A stretch of 64,000 bases of DNA, from the sequence record NZ_CP033968.1; one strand, written 5' to 3'. Below are positions 9,275-18,254 of this stretch, piece by piece. A program made the translations under genes and the position numbers. The notes beneath the pieces are model-generated. The model had not been told where the DNA came from, did no database searches, and saw only the letters and a program-made list of their open reading frames with translations. The stretch is from a plasmid. Each line of letters begins with the position of its first letter. The stretch's first letter is position 1.

Positions 9275-9404
9275 CGGTACGCTGTGGCGCGCATGGTGAT
9301 CGGGCAGCGGGCCGCCGCAGAGGAGGGTTACGGCAAGTTGGCGTCCCCTTTCTGTTCTCCTGGTGTACATCTCTTCTCGCAAGGACTTTCCAACAACCCC
9401 CAGG

Positions 9405-9411
9405 GCGTTCC
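9405..9411. repeat. Target-site duplication (GCGTTCC), left copy, of the IS21-family element.
   Basis: An identical 7-mer sits at 12110-12116, directly abutting the other IS end. Confidence 0.7.
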
Positions 9412-9689
9412 TGCGTATTTCGGGGCGCGTGATCAGCGATTTCGGGGGAACGTGATCACCTGTTTCGGGCGGATGCTGATCGCTGGTTTCGGCGGAACGT
9501 GATCACTTCGGCGATGCCGCCGAAATCGGTGATCAGCTTCCCGAAACGAGTGATCACGTTGCCGAAATAGGTGATCAAGCAGCCGAAATGGGTGATCACG
9601 CACCGCAATGGGGCCGGGGTTAGGGGTGGGACTGCGCATGGACTAGAACGCCGGCGATACGCTGCTTCCTTTTTCAAGGAAGCAAGCTG

Positions 9690-11243
9690 ATGCCGGCCAA
9701 CCGGATGACCATGCGCAAAATCAAGGAAGTGCTTCGCCTGAAGTGGGCGTGTGGCCTTTCGCACCGGCAGATCGCTAGGGCGACGGGTGTGAGTGTTGGC
9801 GCCGTTTCGCAGTACGCGGCAATGGCGAAGGCAGCGGGGCTGGATTGGCCGCAGGCGGACAGCCTGAACGAAGATACGCTGGAGCAGCGGCTGTTCGGCG
9901 CGCAGAAGCCGGCCAACAGCCCGGGCGGGCGGGTGATGCCGGACTTCCCCTATCTGCATCGCGAGTTGCGCCGCAAGGGCGTGACACTGCAGTTGCTGTG
10001 GGAGGAATACCTGGAGGCGAATCCAAACGTCCCCATTTACCAATACACGCAGTTCTGCTGCCGTTACCGGGACTGGGCAGCGACGCTCAAGCGGTCCATG
10101 CGCCAGCAGCACCGCGCCGGCGAGAAGCTGTTTGCTGACTTCGCCGGTCAGATGGTGCCGATTCTGGATGCGGAGGGCGGCATTGCCTTCGAAGCCAGCA
10201 TCTTCGTCGCTGTGCTCGGCGCTTCAAATTACACGTACGCGTGCGCCACCCGGGGGCAGACCACTGCCGACTGGATCGGGGGAATGGTCTGCGCGATGGA
10301 ATTCGCCGGCGGCGTGCCCGAGCTGCTTGTTCCGGACAACCCGCGCGCGCTGGTGGCTCGCCCTGACCGATACGAGCCAGTGCTGTCCCGAACTGCAGAA
10401 GACTTCGTTCATCACTACGGCACGGCCATGCTGCCAGCACGGCCACGCAAGCCGCAAGACAAGGCCAAGGTCGAGACTGGCGTACTGATCGTCGAGCGGT
10501 GGATCCTAGCGCGGCTGCGCAATCACCGCTTCTACAGCTTGGGCGAGCTCAACAAGGCTATCAAGAAGCTCGTCGCCGACCTGAACGACCGACCGTTCAA
10601 GAAGCTGCCTGGCACGCGCCGGGAGTGGTTCGAGCGGTTGGACCGGCCAGTGCTGCGACCGCTGCCGCCGCGGCGCTACGAAGTTGCAACGTTCAAACAG
10701 TGCCGCGTCAACGTCGACTACCACGTCGAGATCGACGGCCACTACTACAGCGTGCCGCATGCCCTGGTGCGCAAGGCGGTGGAGGCTCGCGTAACTCGCC
10801 ACACCATCGAGATCCTGTACGGCGGCAAACGGGTGGCGCTGCACGCGCGCAATACCCGCAAGGGCAGCCACAGCACGGTCAAGGAACACATGCCGGTGGC
10901 CCACCGCGCGCACCTCGAATGGACGCCCGGCCGGCTGCTCAACTGGGCAGCCTCGATTGGGCCCAACGTCGCCGTCATCGTCGAATACCAGCTCACCCAC
11001 AAGAGCCATCCCGAGATGGGCTATCGCGCCTGCCTGGGTCTGCTGAGTCTGGCCAAGAAGTACAGCAAGGAGCGGCTCGAAGCCGCTTGCGCCCGCGCCG
11101 TCGCCATTGGCTCGCTCACGCGTAAGTCTGTGGTCTCCATCCTTGAAAACCATCTGGACCGGCAAGCCACTCTGCCGGTATCGCAAACCGAGTGGCATTC
11201 CCCCATGCACGACAACGTGCGCGGACCCGACTACTACCATTAG
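9690..11243 (+). CDS. istA: IS21-family transposase IstA.
   Basis: N-terminal HTH ([37 protein letters not shown]) followed by a DDE region. AAGGAAG RBS. Confidence 0.9.
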   Translation: MPANRMTMRKIKEVLRLKWACGLSHRQIARATGVSVGAVSQYAAMAKAAGLDWPQADSLNEDTLEQRLFGAQKPANSPGGRVMPDFPYLHRELRRKGVTLQLLWEEYLEANPNVPIYQYTQFCCRYRDWAATLKRSMRQQHRAGEKLFADFAGQMVPILDAEGGIAFEASIFVAVLGASNYTYACATRGQTTADWIGGMVCAMEFAGGVPELLVPDNPRALVARPDRYEPVLSRTAEDFVHHYGTAMLPARPRKPQDKAKVETGVLIVERWILARLRNHRFYSLGELNKAIKKLVADLNDRPFKKLPGTRREWFERLDRPVLRPLPPRRYEVATFKQCRVNVDYHVEIDGHYYSVPHALVRKAVEARVTRHTIEILYGGKRVALHARNTRKGSHSTVKEHMPVAHRAHLEWTPGRLLNWAASIGPNVAVIVEYQLTHKSHPEMGYRACLGLLSLAKKYSKERLEAACARAVAIGSLTRKSVVSILENHLDRQATLPVSQTEWHSPMHDNVRGPDYYH

Positions 11244-11250
11244 GAAAACT

Positions 11251-12006
11251 ATGCTGATGCAACACACCGTCGGCCAGCTCAAGGCCCTGAAGCTCGACGG
11301 GATGGCGCGGGCCTTCGAGGAACAGTCTGCCCTGACCGCCAGCTCCAGCCTGCCGTTCGAAGAACGCTTCTCCATGCTGGTCGACCGGGAGATTGCTTGG
11401 CGTGACACCAGGCGCCTGGAGCGGCTGCTGCGCTCGGCCAAGCTCAAGCACGCCCAGGCATGCCTCGAGGATGTGGTCTATGACGGCAGCCGCGGTCTTG
11501 ACCAGCGGCTGGTCGCCAGCCTGGCCAGTTGCGACTGGATCCGCAATGCTCAGAGTCTCATCCTTACCGGGGCGACCGGTGCCGGCAAGTCCTGGCTGGC
11601 CTGTGCGTTTGCTCAGCAGGCCTGTCGGCAGGGATTCTCTGCGCTCTACCTGCGGGTGCCGCGACTGTTCGAGGAACTGCAGATCGCCCACGGCGACGGG
11701 AGCTTCACCCGCCGCCTGGCACAGCTCGCGCGCATCGATGTCCTGGTGCTGGACGACTGGGGCCTACAGGAGCCTTCTAAAAGCGCACGCGGCGATCTGC
11801 TGGAAGTTCTGGACGATCGCGTCGGCACCCGCTCGACCATCGTGACCAGCCAGCTCCCGATCGAGCATTGGCACCAGTGGTTGGATGATCCGACGCTGGC
11901 TGACGCCATTCTGGACCGGCTGGTCCACCAGGCGCACAAGGTATCGCTCAAAGGCGAATCCATGCGCAAGCGCTCGGCTACCGACGTCAAGAAACGGGCA
12001 TCGTGA
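11251..12006 (+). CDS. istB: IS21-family helper ATPase IstB.
   Basis: Walker A GATGAGKS and Walker [12 protein letters not shown] with AGGAAAA RBS 8 nt after the istA stop. Internal start of track ORF 11107..12006. Confidence 0.9.
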   Translation: MLMQHTVGQLKALKLDGMARAFEEQSALTASSSLPFEERFSMLVDREIAWRDTRRLERLLRSAKLKHAQACLEDVVYDGSRGLDQRLVASLASCDWIRNAQSLILTGATGAGKSWLACAFAQQACRQGFSALYLRVPRLFEELQIAHGDGSFTRRLAQLARIDVLVLDDWGLQEPSKSARGDLLEVLDDRVGTRSTIVTSQLPIEHWHQWLDDPTLADAILDRLVHQAHKVSLKGESMRKRSATDVKKRAS

Positions 12007-12147
12007 TCACCTACGCTACAATCTCCTGACCGCGCAGTACCACCTTCCTTCCCTGATCACGTTCGCCGAAACCGCTGATCACCTTCACCGAAATCCGCAG
12101 CGTTCCGTGCCTTTGGGGCGCGGGCGACTGGATATCAGGAGCATATT

Positions 12148-12576
12148 GTGCTGAATGCAATCTCGAACGAAACGACAGCTGGACTTGAACTGGCGGTTGC
12201 ACTGGAGCTGTTCTGTGTAACTCTGGACTGGCAGCCTGGCGACGACGAGCAAGGCGACTACTCGGTATCCGTCTGGGCAGTCGACGAGGACGATGCCATT
12301 CGTCAGGTGGCAGAAGAAATGGCTGACTCCGGCGAGAAGAGCTTCGAGACCGAGGCAGAACGTGTGGCGTACATCCAGTGCGTCATCGACGGAGCTGGAC
12401 AGTATGCCGCGGAACATGTCAAGAACAGGTTGCTCAGTGATCTCGACAATCTGCTGAGGAACGATCGTCCGGAAGCACTGAAGGCAATCAAGGCCATCTT
12501 GGATGGTGCAGATCCAGCTGGCAGCACGACGCCGGCGGCCGACGATGCAAAGCGGAGCGATCCGCCTGCGCAGTAG
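12148..12576 (+). CDS. Strongly acidic small protein (142 aa). Candidate DNA-mimic or anti-restriction type.
   Basis: GTG start with AGGAGC RBS. Very high Asp/Glu content. Own terminator downstream. Confidence 0.45.
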   Translation: MLNAISNETTAGLELAVALELFCVTLDWQPGDDEQGDYSVSVWAVDEDDAIRQVAEEMADSGEKSFETEAERVAYIQCVIDGAGQYAAEHVKNRLLSDLDNLLRNDRPEALKAIKAILDGADPAGSTTPAADDAKRSDPPAQ

Positions 12577-12634
12577 GCACTGCGCATTTCAAAACTCGTC
12601 GCATCGACTAGCACTCTAGTAGTGCAACTCAGAA

Positions 12635-12673
12635 CCCCGTTCATCCGAAAGATGAGCGGGGCTTTTTGTTTTT
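12635..12673 (+). terminator. Rho-independent terminator.
   Basis: CCCCGTTCATCcgaaaGATGAGCGGGG followed by CTTTTTGTTTTT. Confidence 0.6.
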
Positions 12674-12768
12674 GGCCGGAGCTTCTGGTTGTGGACGTGT
12701 GTGACTCATTCCCATTGGCAAGGACAAGGGGGAATGCCCCTACCAACCCTACCAATGGAGTAAACAGC

Positions 12769-13224
12769 ATGATCGAATCCGCAAACACCGAAGTGAATGG
12801 CTTTTCGTCAACAAAGCTGCCGGTCGACCGTGACCTGATCAAATCGCAGCGCCTTCTCAACATGATTGAGGTTGTGGAAGTCCTCCATGCCCCGGACGGT
12901 GAGCGAACGCTCTGGCAGATGCTGGTTGACGCCGGCGCTGACATCGATCGAATCATTTTCCGAGATGTCGATGACCTCCAGGCCGAACGGGCGCCTGCCC
13001 TGCAGTTTCGCGTGGATACCTCGAAACTGAAGGGTTTTTTGGTCCTCGAGCATGCCCCTGGTCAGCACGGACTCCGTATTTTGGTCCAGACTGAGGGAAC
13101 GATGGTGCTGAAGGTGGTCCATGCGGGGGTTCTCCTGCGCGACCTCGCGACGAAAATCGCTCACCTGATCGACGACGGTACCCGCCGGAACGAGCCCGCT
13201 AGCCGCGTGATCGTAAAGGAGTAA
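12769..13224 (+). CDS. Hypothetical protein (151 aa).
   Basis: ATG with GGAG RBS. Internal start of track ORF 12622..13224. Confidence 0.45.
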   Translation: MIESANTEVNGFSSTKLPVDRDLIKSQRLLNMIEVVEVLHAPDGERTLWQMLVDAGADIDRIIFRDVDDLQAERAPALQFRVDTSKLKGFLVLEHAPGQHGLRILVQTEGTMVLKVVHAGVLLRDLATKIAHLIDDGTRRNEPASRVIVKE

Positions 13225-13230
13225 CCCATG

Positions 13231-13265
13231 GCCCCGGCGCACATAGTGCCCGGGGTTTTTCTTTG
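13231..13265 (+). terminator. Rho-independent terminator.
   Basis: GCCCCGGcgcacatagtgCCCGGGG followed by TTTTTCTTT. Confidence 0.5.
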
Positions 13266-13397
13266 TCTGGAGCCATCGCGGCGGGGCGGCGGCTCCCTCC
13301 TGCGGCAACTCGTGCGTGCTGCCGGGTATGCCGCGATGTTGATCATCCCGGCATCTCAGGCCAGATCCGAGGCCTCAATTCTTCAGAAGGAACAAGA

Positions 13398-13877
13398 ATG
13401 TCTACCTCCAGGCAAGTCGATTTTCAGGAGCTTTGTCCTCATTGTGGGCAGGATTGCCTTGCAACGTTGTATGAGGACAATTTTGGGTACGAGTCCTCGG
13501 CGGCGCATTGTCACGGCTGCGGCTACCGAGTCGCGGTCGATATCGGAGATGGTGGCGGCGTAGACGCAAGTATCCAGACGAACAAGCTTGGCGGCATGAT
13601 CGTCTCAGGCTGCATCGTGGACGGAGAGTCATGCTGCTCGATGACGCTTGGGAGCCTGATCGGAGGACAGACAATGCGTGATCGCGAGATCATCAATGGC
13701 AGTCCCCCTGCCTGGTTCGCCTTTGTCGACGATGTTGGCGTAACGGTCCTTCGTGGCGCTCCCGCGGACGATCCGGCCTTTGCCGATATTGTCTTGGATG
13801 CGCGGAAACGGCTTGACGAGTTGGAAGTCGTCTCCGACGAGCAGCTCCAGGACATTCCTGAGCCTATAGCACTTTAA
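13398..13877 (+). CDS. Hypothetical protein with an N-terminal zinc-ribbon-like motif (CPHCG...CHGCG).
   Basis: ATG with AAGGAACAAG RBS. Internal start of track ORF 13263..13877. Confidence 0.45.
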   Translation: MSTSRQVDFQELCPHCGQDCLATLYEDNFGYESSAAHCHGCGYRVAVDIGDGGGVDASIQTNKLGGMIVSGCIVDGESCCSMTLGSLIGGQTMRDREIINGSPPAWFAFVDDVGVTVLRGAPADDPAFADIVLDARKRLDELEVVSDEQLQDIPEPIAL

Positions 13878-14014
13878 CCATCGACGGCCCGTCACACACT
13901 CGCGTGTAACGGGCCAGTTTCTTGTGATGACCGGTCGGCTTGTTTGCACCTGCGGTTCATATCAAGAGGCAAGGAATAGAGCCTGCACCAGGCTAGAATT
14001 TCTCGAACTGGAGA

Positions 14015-14341
14015 TTGGACATGGATCACACCTTTAAAACCGGCGCCGAGATCGACGGCTTTCTTCGATCGGAGGGCCTTACGGAAGCCTCAACCGGGGG
14101 AGGGTACTCGGGCTGGTTCCTCGAGCTCCAAGGCAAATCGGGCCCCTGGCAGGTCATGATCTCTGACTGGACTACCGATAGCACCAGCATGCAGCCGGGC
14201 AAACCCATTGGAATCGCGCTCTACGCGCCTGGTGGTGCCGAAACACAAGCGGAGGTGCTGCCGAATGCCGATGGCCTGCGGGATGCACTGAAGCGGTTCC
14301 GGGATGCCGGCGCGCAGCTGTTCGGTACCGCGCCGGGCTGA
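14015..14341 (+). CDS. Hypothetical protein (108 aa).
   Basis: ATG with GGAGATTGG RBS. Confidence 0.45.
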   Translation: MDMDHTFKTGAEIDGFLRSEGLTEASTGGGYSGWFLELQGKSGPWQVMISDWTTDSTSMQPGKPIGIALYAPGGAETQAEVLPNADGLRDALKRFRDAGAQLFGTAPG

Positions 14342-14351
14342 GGAGAAATGT

Positions 14352-14471
14352 ATGGGCATCCGAGCTAAGGCCGGCATGATGTTTGTCTACGAACTCAACG
14401 GCTGCCGCCTGACCGACCATCTGGTCAACGGAACGTGGGTCACCGTCAAGGTTGAACCGCTACCGGCATAA
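14352..14471 (+). CDS. Possible micro-ORF (39 aa, MGIRAKAGMMFVYELNGCRLTDHLVNGTWVTVKVEPLPA).
   Basis: Strong RBS GAGGAGAAATGT before the ATG, followed by a terminator. Below the length cut-off of the supplied track. Confidence 0.3.
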   Translation: MGIRAKAGMMFVYELNGCRLTDHLVNGTWVTVKVEPLPA

Positions 14472-14492
14472 CCTGATCGCACCGCGATCGCA

Positions 14493-14531
14493 GCCTCCAG
14501 CTCACGATGTGTGACTGGAGGCTTTTCTTTG
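14493..14531 (+). terminator. Rho-independent terminator.
   Basis: GCCTCCAGctcacgatgtgtgaCTGGAGGC followed by TTTTCTTT. Confidence 0.6.
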
Positions 14532-14603
14532 AGTACCGCTGCGTGTGAAACATCTCCTACCTGTCAGGCCATCGCAAGTGGCCTCTTACCCAGGAGATCG
14601 ATC

Positions 14604-15443
14604 ATGAGCCATTTTTCCAAAGCAGTAGACCGCCGTTCCCGCCCTGCGATGACGGAATTCTTGTCCTCGCACTTCCGCTACCACACCGCTGGCAGCCACA
14701 ACCGCAGTACTTCCTATGCCCACTGCATCAAGGTCGACCGAATTGGCCTGAACCGCGAGCAAACCGCTGCTGCGTACGACATGCTGGGGGCGGAGACGTA
14801 CTGGGATCGCATCAATGATCCCATTTGCGAGTTCACCCGCTCCATGCACGGGTTGTACACGATTGGGACGAACGGGCGATCCGGTGGCTATTTGGTCCTC
14901 TATCGCAGTGAGTACCAGAGCACGAAGCATCTGTCTTTTTGCCGGTCGTGCGGCCAGCGGAACTTCAGGCGAGTTGCTCCTACCTTGGAGGGCGCGGAGG
15001 GTATCATCGGCGCCGAGATCCTTCGCAATGGGGGCCTCTGGCACGACGACGTCTACCTCGATCAATCGGCAATCCAGGCGATCGCGCTCTCGGACACGGA
15101 AAAGCTGGCTATCGTTAGCAAGCTCAAACCGCTGTTGAAGGACTGTTCCGCGGACAACCGTTGTGGCGTCTGTTCGGCCACCGGCGATCGCGGGCGCGTG
15201 AACTACGAAAAGTCCCCGGTCACGCTTTCGCCCTGGCCGATGCGTCCCATCGATCAGGATATTGATTTCAGTGACATGAGCATGGACGAACTGCGCTCGC
15301 GCGTCGACGTCGTCACGGCGTTCGATGCTGCGTGCGATGAAATTCGCGAGAACTTCATTGAGTTGCTTTCCGACTTCGCGCCGGTTGAACGAACCATCAT
15401 GGTTCCCAAAACCGTCACCGTCCTCGAACGACGCGCGGTTTAA
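14604..15443 (+). CDS. Hypothetical protein (279 aa) with scattered Cys pairs (CRSCGQ, CGVCS).
   Basis: ATG with AGGAGA RBS. Internal start of track ORF 14511..15443. Confidence 0.5.
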   Translation: MSHFSKAVDRRSRPAMTEFLSSHFRYHTAGSHNRSTSYAHCIKVDRIGLNREQTAAAYDMLGAETYWDRINDPICEFTRSMHGLYTIGTNGRSGGYLVLYRSEYQSTKHLSFCRSCGQRNFRRVAPTLEGAEGIIGAEILRNGGLWHDDVYLDQSAIQAIALSDTEKLAIVSKLKPLLKDCSADNRCGVCSATGDRGRVNYEKSPVTLSPWPMRPIDQDIDFSDMSMDELRSRVDVVTAFDAACDEIRENFIELLSDFAPVERTIMVPKTVTVLERRAV

Positions 15444-15450
15444 TCGCCCA

Positions 15451-15488
15451 GCCCACCGGACCGATGTCTGGTGGGCTTTTTCTTTCTG
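15451..15488 (+). terminator. Rho-independent terminator.
   Basis: GCCCACCGGaccgatgtCTGGTGGGC followed by TTTTTCTTTCT. Confidence 0.6.
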
Positions 15489-15637
15489 ATCGGTGCAAGG
15501 CCCGGCGCCAAGCACGTAACCGGTAAGCATTTATGCGAAATGCGCGTGCAATGCGGCTTCGTGGGCATGACCGAGCGACAAGAGGGGGGGGCGCCCCTGG
15601 CTGCAGCAGGCCTGACCCGCTGTCTGATCCAAACCAA

Positions 15638-15676
15638 CCCCGGGTGCTCTCGCGAGCTGCCGGGGTTTTTCTTTTC
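15638..15676 (+). terminator. Second rho-independent terminator ~150 nt after the previous one, with no ORF in between.
   Basis: CCCCGGGtgctctcgcgagctgCCGGGG followed by TTTTTCTTTT. Confidence 0.5.
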
Positions 15677-16243
15677 CGACTAGCCCTACTTCGAGCCGCC
15701 TCGGTGCCCCTGAAAACTGCCGAGCCAGTTTGGGGTGAAGATCCTGGCAGATGGTGCGCGGCGGTAGACATGTGCGCGGTGCCAGGCCAGGTACCTTTGC
15801 ATAAATTTGTTCGGCTTCGGCCTGAGGTGTCCCGTGGCTAGGAAAGGGAGTTCACGCAGCTGGCAGTAGTCCCGAAACTCTGACGAGACTAACAGGGAGC
15901 CGTCATCATCGAACGAGACAAACCCGGGGCCGAACGCTTCGTCGATGTGTGCAGTGAGTACTAGGACGTTGGACAAATCCATCCTTTCCGCGTCCGAGGA
16001 GGCGGCCCACGACTTGATGTGTGTGACCCGAAGATGCGCTTGCTCCTGGAGCCCCGTCAATTGGCAGGATACGGCGTGCCGCCTCGAGAGCGCCCTCCAG
16101 AGCAAGTCTAGTCCGATCCGTTGTCTCGCATGCTGGTCGGCTACGGTGGCGTGGGTGATGCCTGCGGTTGCCTCCCGGTATTGATCCAGCAGCGATCTCG
16201 TGCTGACCTTGCCCCTGTTCCACGAATCCCATAACCGAGGGAA

Positions 16244-17137
16244 TTAGGCAGCCCGGTGTTGCTGAGCTGCGGACCAGTTTTTCTCGAACGTCATGGGGCT
16301 GACGTAGCCCAGCGTCGAGTGGAGTCGGCTGGCATTATAAAAGCCAAGCCAGTCAATTACCTCGTCCATTGCGGCGCGGCGGGTAGCGAACTGGCGACCG
16401 TGCAGGCGAGCGACCTTCAACGACCCCCACAGACTCTCAGTCGGCGCGTTGTCCCAGCAATCGCCCCTGCGGCTCATTGACGAGCGCATGCCATACGCCT
16501 TCAGGGCGTCTTGAAACAGATGGCTGCAATACTGGCTTCCCCGGTCGGTGTGCACAATCACACCGGCTTCCGGGCGGCGCCGGAACCAGGCCATGCGCAG
16601 CGCGTCCGTGACCAATTCGGCCTTCATGTGTGGTTGCATCGACCAGCCAACCACCTGCCGGCTGAACAGGTCGATGATGACCACCAGGTAGAGCCAGCCT
16701 TCGGCGGTCGCCACATAGGTTATGTCGCTCGTCCAGACTTGATTGGGTGCTGCTGGGCTAAAGTCGCGTTGCAGCAGATTGGGGGCCACCGGCAAATCGT
16801 GGTTCGAGTTGGTTGTCGCGATGTACTTGCGCTTGTGGCGGGCACGGATGCCGTGCAGCGCCATCAGCTTGCGAACACGCTCCTTGCCCACCCGCACCCC
16901 ACGCGCCAGCAGTTCCTTCCACATGCGCGGCCAGCCGTACTCCCCCTTGACCCCGGCGTGAATCGCCTTGATGTGGGCCAACAAGGCATCGTCACTGAGT
17001 CGGCCTCTATCTGGCCTGTCGGTGCTTACTGTGCGTTGCTTGCGCTGGTGATAGCCGCTGGGGCTGACCCCTAACAGCTCACACAGGACCGAGACCGGCC
17101 AGTAACGTCGGTTTCGCTCGATGAACGCATACCTCAC
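16244..17137 (-). CDS. IS3-family transposase OrfB (DDE integrase core).
   Basis: 297 aa with rve-like motifs (HTDRGSQY...). Overlaps orfA in the -1 frame. Confidence 0.85.
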   Translation of the reverse strand: MRYAFIERNRRYWPVSVLCELLGVSPSGYHQRKQRTVSTDRPDRGRLSDDALLAHIKAIHAGVKGEYGWPRMWKELLARGVRVGKERVRKLMALHGIRARHKRKYIATTNSNHDLPVAPNLLQRDFSPAAPNQVWTSDITYVATAEGWLYLVVIIDLFSRQVVGWSMQPHMKAELVTDALRMAWFRRRPEAGVIVHTDRGSQYCSHLFQDALKAYGMRSSMSRRGDCWDNAPTESLWGSLKVARLHGRQFATRRAAMDEVIDWLGFYNASRLHSTLGYVSPMTFEKNWSAAQQHRAA

Positions 17138-17433
17138 ACCGACTCCTTCGCAAAGTATGCTGCGGCTTTTTTTAAAATATCGCGCTCCATCTTCAAGCGC
17201 GCCACCTCCGCCCGAAGCCGGGCCAGCTCCATCTGCTCCGGGCTGACCGGCTTCATACCCGCACCAGTCAGCTTGCCTTCCCGCTCCGCCTTGACCCAGT
17301 TATGCAGCGTCTGCGCTCTGATGCCCAGGGTCGCGCTAACCACTGCCATGCTCTGCCCGCTCTTCACCAGCCGTACCGCTTCCAGCTTGAATTCCAGCGT
17401 GTACTGCGCCCGCTTTGTCTTGCTTGTCATCAC
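17134..17433 (-). CDS. IS3-family transposase OrfA (HTH).
   Basis: 99 aa, MMTSKTKRAQYTLEFKLEAVRLV... Slippery TTTTAAAAAAAG lies near the orfA/orfB overlap. Confidence 0.85.
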   Translation of the reverse strand: MMTSKTKRAQYTLEFKLEAVRLVKSGQSMAVVSATLGIRAQTLHNWVKAEREGKLTGAGMKPVSPEQMELARLRAEVARLKMERDILKKAAAYFAKESV

Positions 17434-18254
17434 ATCTCTCCTTGCTTCAGTTTAACCTCAGCAAGGGATTCGTTTTGCGGGGGCAAGCTCATGCCGTTAT
17501 CGGTCGGTTGGCCAAACGTAGCTGCGATATCACCCTCATCCAACCGAATCGTGGATCGCGACGGCACTAGCAATGCGCTCACTTCGGCCGGAGAGTGCGA
17601 CACGACTGGGCTAAGAACATCCGGATTGATCAGCCCTACGCGAACATCGTGGTAAAGCCTGAAGAAGTCCTGCGCCTCGCTCAATCCGGCAAAACCAATA
17701 TCGAGCCAGGTTGAGCCGTGCCTGTCATAGCGCCTGGCTGGAGCAAACTGCCGCCACACCCAGCCAATGATGCGCGGCTGTGGCATGGCCGAAGACTCGA
17801 TCCGATCGGAGCAAATGGCCACGTCGATGCCGTTCCCAGGCCGGGTATCTGGCCAGTCGATCGTGCATACGATTTTCCAGTCTCGGACCAAGCCAACCCC
17901 GCTTGGCCGCGCGCTTTTCGCCGCGGCCAAGAATGCGCGCTCGGCTCCCGCAACCGTGGCCTGCAGTCGGAGGGGGACGACGGGAGGAGAAGGCATTTGA
18001 CACCTTGTTCGGTCAGCTTACGTGTGCCGGCGCCGGCGATTGTTTCGGCCAATTCAGCGTATGGCTACAACCTATAGGCTGCAGAACAACCGACACCGGC
18101 CCACGAAAGCGTTGCAGATCTCCATCAATGCCGCGGACAAATAGGCAGATTTTGGCGGGGGAAAGGTCGAATATATGCCGTTATTCGCACCCCAATATAT
18201 AATGTAGCTAACAGTCAAGCGTGAAGGCCCCCTCCACATCTCCCGCGAGCGCAC

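Larger units (their letters stand above)
9412..12109 (+). mobile_element. IS21-family insertion sequence (~2.7 kb, istA-istB).
   Basis: Ends TGCGTATTTCGG... and ...CCGAAATCCGCA form inverted 5'-TG/CA-3' termini. Both ends carry multiple ~22-bp GTGATCA-N-TTTCGG sub-repeats. Flanked by the 7-bp duplication GCGTTCC. Confidence 0.8.
16204..17491 (-). mobile_element. IS3-family insertion sequence (IS407-like TGA...TCA ends, ~1288 bp) with a 3-bp TGC target duplication.
   Basis: Imperfect terminal inverted repeats TGACCTTGCCCCTGTTCCACGAATCCC and TGAGCTTGCCCCCGCAAAACGAATCCC. TGC at 16201-16203 and 17492-17494. orfA/orfB carry an A AAA AAG frameshift signal. Confidence 0.8.
15686..17996 (-). pseudogene. 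HNH_2-type (HIKSW...N...FD) nuclease gene disrupted by an IS3-family insertion. The in-frame reconstruction gives a ~340 aa protein.
   Basis: The N-terminal part (17492-17996) and C-terminal part (15686-16200) join in frame once the IS (16204-17491) and one copy of the 3-bp TGC duplication are removed. The junction reads ...FGQPTDNG/TRSLLDQYRE.... The C-terminal part carries VTHIKSWAASSDAERMDLSNVLVLTAHIDEAFGPGFVSFDDDG. Confidence 0.65.

Noticed and set aside
9420-9620. Regularly spaced ~22-bp repeats (GTGATCA...TTTCGG) that look like a CRISPR-like array.
   Set aside because: Spacers are only 1-6 bp and the repeats switch orientation. They lie inside the inverted termini of an istA-istB element and recur at its other end (12030-12109). 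These are IS21 terminal multi-repeats.
10087-11447. ORFs antisense to or overlapping istA/istB (10506..11447 minus, 10499..11125 plus, and others).
   Set aside because: They are alternative frames of the transposase genes and are not independently supported.
15906-16232. 108-aa minus-strand ORF near the IS3 left end that could have been the upstream part of the HNH gene.
   Set aside because: It reads through the IS3 terminal repeat and is in a different frame. The HNH frame (15686-16200) is the one that joins the N-terminal part at 17492-17996.
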